DNA of 63,824 bases, filler included, from Lama guanicoe (Eukaryota), in the NCBI GenBank assembly GCA_013239625.1. It is 179 parts of 179 records of this genome, joined end to end, with 100 filler letters (N's around TTAATTAATTAA, not from the genome) between each part and the next. Parts side by side here need not be neighbours in the genome. Positions count along the whole stretch, not along the records: positions 60,703 to 60,960 come from PNXV01049606.1; positions 61,061 to 61,318 come from PNXV01049607.1; positions 61,419 to 61,676 come from PNXV01049608.1; positions 61,777 to 62,034 come from PNXV01049609.1; positions 62,135 to 62,392 come from PNXV01049610.1; positions 62,493 to 62,750 come from PNXV01049611.1; positions 62,851 to 63,108 come from PNXV01049612.1; positions 63,209 to 63,466 come from PNXV01049613.1; 171 more parts are not named here. One strand, 5' to 3'. The translations under genes were made by a program, and so were the position numbers. Under the pieces are notes generated by a model. The model was not told the DNA's origin. It worked only from the letters and a program-made list of their open reading frames with translations, and searched no databases. Numbering within the stretch: the first letter of the stretch is position 1; each line of letters opens with the position of its first letter. Shown piece by piece: positions 60,603 to 63,824 of the stretch.

Positions 60603-60752
60603 NNNNNNNNNNNNNNNNNNNNNNNNNNNNNNNNNNNNNNNNNNNNTTAATTAATTAANNNNNNNNNNNNNNNNNNNNNNNNNNNNNNNNNNNNNNNNNN
60701 NNCCACCTCCCCCAGGGAGCCTTCCCTGAGCACCTGTAACCCTTACTCTGGG

Positions 60753-60960
60753 GCAGCCAGTAGAGTTCAGAGGTTAAAAGCCCAGACTATGGGTTTAGCC
60801 TGTCTGGGTTCTGACTCTGGTCCCGCCGCTTACTAGCAGTTAGAGTCTAGGCAAATTACTTCACCTCTCTGAGTTTCCGGTTCTCATCTGTTAACCAGTG
60901 TTAATAATCACTTCTACCCACAGAGAACTGTTGGAGGGTTAAGTGTTAGCACAGTGTCTG
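60753..60960 (+). mobile_element. MIR SINE
   Basis: GGTTAAAAGCCCAGACT...CTGGGTTC...GGCAAATTACTTCACCTCTCTGAG...TTAGCACAGTGTCTG. Confidence 0.85.
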
Positions 60961-62492
60961 NNNNNNNNNNNNNNNNNNNNNNNNNNNNNNNNNNNNNNNN
61001 NNNNTTAATTAATTAANNNNNNNNNNNNNNNNNNNNNNNNNNNNNNNNNNNNNNNNNNNNTCCAGGTTTTTTCTTTAACGACGTTCGGTGTGCACAGACA
61101 AAGCGAGTTACAGATTAAGCTTGGACTCCAAGCCTGACGTGTACAGAGAAGTTTTAGGAAGAACTCGGGAGATTCCACATTCAGGGAATGTGCACACATG
61201 CACACACATGCTCAGGCCCTCAAAAAAGTGCTTGGTGAATTAGTATGTATATAACTGATGTTTCTTTTTTTAAATCGATGCATTCATTCATTTATTTAAT
61301 AAGCAAGTTATATGCATTNNNNNNNNNNNNNNNNNNNNNNNNNNNNNNNNNNNNNNNNNNNNTTAATTAATTAANNNNNNNNNNNNNNNNNNNNNNNNNN
61401 NNNNNNNNNNNNNNNNNNTCTCGCTATCAGTTGTAAACAGCTGACAGACCTTTAAGGAGAGGGGTCTAGGAAGAGGTAAGTAAATGTAATGAATGAAAAA
61501 AATAAAGGAAGCTTTCAAAGTGCTACTCCAGCTCTACATCCCAAGTGCAGAAAGCGGGGGGAGGCCAACCTCCCCTAAGTGACTGTCAGCCAGTCAAGTG
61601 CACACGGAATACAGGAAAAAATGTGTAAAACAGGCCTTTATTTTGAATTTGAATTATTCATTCCATTCTCCATCCTNNNNNNNNNNNNNNNNNNNNNNNN
61701 NNNNNNNNNNNNNNNNNNNNTTAATTAATTAANNNNNNNNNNNNNNNNNNNNNNNNNNNNNNNNNNNNNNNNNNNNCCTTCTACCCACCTGAATTCCTGA
61801 ATCATGAGCACCAAAAAGTGGATGCAGGCTTTATGTCACTGAGTTTTCATTTGTTACACAACCACGGAGCAGCCTCCATCCTCACCTGTGCCAGCATCAT
61901 CTCTTCGCCTTCCAGAACTGATGAACTGGGCTCTCCTCCAATCCATCGTCCACCCAGGCGCCAGAGCATCTTAACCTGAGAGGATACCGCCCAGTCTTCA
62001 GGAGGGTCACAGGTGAGGGGACAGAGAACTCCAANNNNNNNNNNNNNNNNNNNNNNNNNNNNNNNNNNNNNNNNNNNNTTAATTAATTAANNNNNNNNNN
62101 NNNNNNNNNNNNNNNNNNNNNNNNNNNNNNNNNNTTTGTTTTTTTTAATTTCTGAATCTAACCATTTTTTCAGAAGATAGAATCTCTTCAGTTTATTTTT
62201 ATAAGGTGAATTGTTGGATTCAGGTTTAACAGAATGAACAGTTCCTTGTGTTTTTTATCAAATAACCCAGGGGCTTATCTCTATCTTGTACATTTGAAAA
62301 AAGAAGTTTAATGAATGGTAAAAATGCTGTTTCTAAATCCTCTAGATTTCCCTCTGAGAAACAAGGCAGTACGTAATTTAGTGCACTGATAANNNNNNNN
62401 NNNNNNNNNNNNNNNNNNNNNNNNNNNNNNNNNNNNTTAATTAATTAANNNNNNNNNNNNNNNNNNNNNNNNNNNNNNNNNNNNNNNNNNNN

Positions 62493-62750
62493 ATTAAAGC
62501 TACAGATTTAATGCAATCTCTATCAAAATATCCATGATATTCTCCACAGAACCAGAAAAAATAATCCTAAAATTACATAGAACCAGAAAAGTCCTCAAAT
62601 TGCCAAAGAAATCTGAGAAAAAAGAAGACAGCTGAAGATATCACACTTCCCGGCTTCAGACTATACTACAAAGCTACAGTAATCCAAAGTATGGCATTGG
62701 CACAGAAACAGACATGTAGAACAATGGAACAGAATGCAGGGCCTGGAAAT
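62493..62750 (+). mobile_element. L1 ORF2 fragment (degenerate)
   Basis: YRFNAISIKISMIFSTEPEKIILK...ITLPGFRLYYKATVI...WHRNRHVEQWNR. Confidence 0.93.
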
Positions 62751-63566
62751 NNNNNNNNNNNNNNNNNNNNNNNNNNNNNNNNNNNNNNNNNNNNTTAATT
62801 AATTAANNNNNNNNNNNNNNNNNNNNNNNNNNNNNNNNNNNNNNNNNNNNAAAAAACTTGCCAGCCAGTGGGCTTCTTCGAAAAAAGATCAGGCAAGAAC
62901 GTGGCTCTTTAGTTGGGGAGTTCTCCAATATCAGTATCTGAAGATCTTTTCTCTGAGGCTGTTCATTCCTCCAGAGAGGAATCCCACATGCTCTGGCCTG
63001 GAGAGATGGGGGAAGTATAGACCTGGCTGCCTGGTGGCCAAGCTGCCAGGGTAGGAGTTGCCTGGGGAGGTCTCATACTTAACAGAACAATGTCTCTCCT
63101 CTGACCTCNNNNNNNNNNNNNNNNNNNNNNNNNNNNNNNNNNNNNNNNNNNNTTAATTAATTAANNNNNNNNNNNNNNNNNNNNNNNNNNNNNNNNNNNN
63201 NNNNNNNNAGTCAGCCTGGCATGGAGATTTGGGCATTACGGAGGGAAAAAAAAAAAAAAACTTTCCTTCCTTCTTTAAACCCGGTATCTCCTCTGTGAAT
63301 ATATTTCTATCACCTCGACAGCTAACAGTTTTTGAAGGGCAGACTCCTCAGAGGCGGGCACTTTGGAGTTTCAGTCAGTTCACTGTACATGAGACGAAAT
63401 GGTGCCCAGTGCAGAGTGAGGACTCGTAAATGTTGCTTGATGCTGACACGACTCCCCGGAAATTTTNNNNNNNNNNNNNNNNNNNNNNNNNNNNNNNNNN
63501 NNNNNNNNNNTTAATTAATTAANNNNNNNNNNNNNNNNNNNNNNNNNNNNNNNNNNNNNNNNNNNN

Positions 63567-63824
63567 TGTTCAAATACTGCTTTTGCTCATTTCCCTCTCC
63601 TCTTTCTAGAAAGTATTGTGTAACACACGTTTCTGAGACCTTTGACTTCTACATCATTCATCTTATACTACTTTCTGTTTTGATTTATTACCTTTTTTTT
63701 CTTTGTTTGCTTCCGCCTAGATATAGTCCACTGATCTGTCTTCTAGGTTATTAATTCTACAAACAACTGTTTATGAATACCATTAATTCCATCTACTGCT
63801 TTCTCCATTAAAGTTATTTTCTTT
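63567..63824 (-). mobile_element. Old L1M ORF1-region fragment
   Basis: TTCAAATACTGCTTTTGCTCATTTCCCTCTCC...ACTGATCTGTCTTCTAGGTTATTAATTC. Confidence 0.55.

Larger units (their letters stand above)
258..63566. other. Series of ~178 synthetic contig-joining linkers, N44-TTAATTAATTAA-N44 (first copy 258-357, core 302-313)
   Basis: An identical palindromic 12-mer flanked by 44 N on each side recurs every 355-358 bp. It gives TAA in all six frames, and the flanking fragments are unrelated. Confidence 0.99.

Noticed and set aside
306..63514. Most ORFs in the supplied track (ending in X-runs, LIN or N)
   Set aside because: They pass the length threshold only by reading through Ns to the linker stop, often from non-ATG starts, and show no recognisable homology.
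258..63566. CRISPR-like or tandem array of an identical 12-bp palindrome with constant-length unique spacers
   Set aside because: The repeat is embedded in fixed N runs, the spacers are ~257-bp mammalian genomic fragments and there are no cas genes. It is a synthetic linker.

Overview
This is not one contiguous locus. It is an assembly-made pseudomolecule of about 179 unplaced micro-contigs (255-258 bp each, apparently sorted by size: nominally 257 bp up to ~50.2 kb, then 258 bp). They are joined by a synthetic 100-bp linker, N44-TTAATTAATTAA-N44, which puts a stop codon in all six frames. Neighbouring fragments are unrelated, so no synteny, operon or array can be inferred, and almost every ORF in the supplied track is an artefact of reading into or out of a linker. 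The DNA is placental mammal, most likely a camelid, judging from tRNA-Ala-derived Vic-1-like SINEs and cetartiodactyl-type L1 3' ends. It is rich in L1, MIR, L2, MaLR/ERV and DNA-transposon fragments. Three gene pieces are confidently recognisable: the transmembrane/cytoplasmic exon of a T-cell receptor gamma constant gene (missed by the ORF track), coding exon 1 of KIF13A, and a processed CASP6 retrocopy with a premature stop. Other notable items are an unidentified acidic CpG-island exon, a heptamer satellite with a shared higher-order cassette in two contigs, an assembly-bubble contig pair that reveals the k-mer size, an L1 inversion junction and a bipartite CTCF site. I found no evidence for a new multi-gene biological system. 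Repeat family names are from recall, not from a database search.
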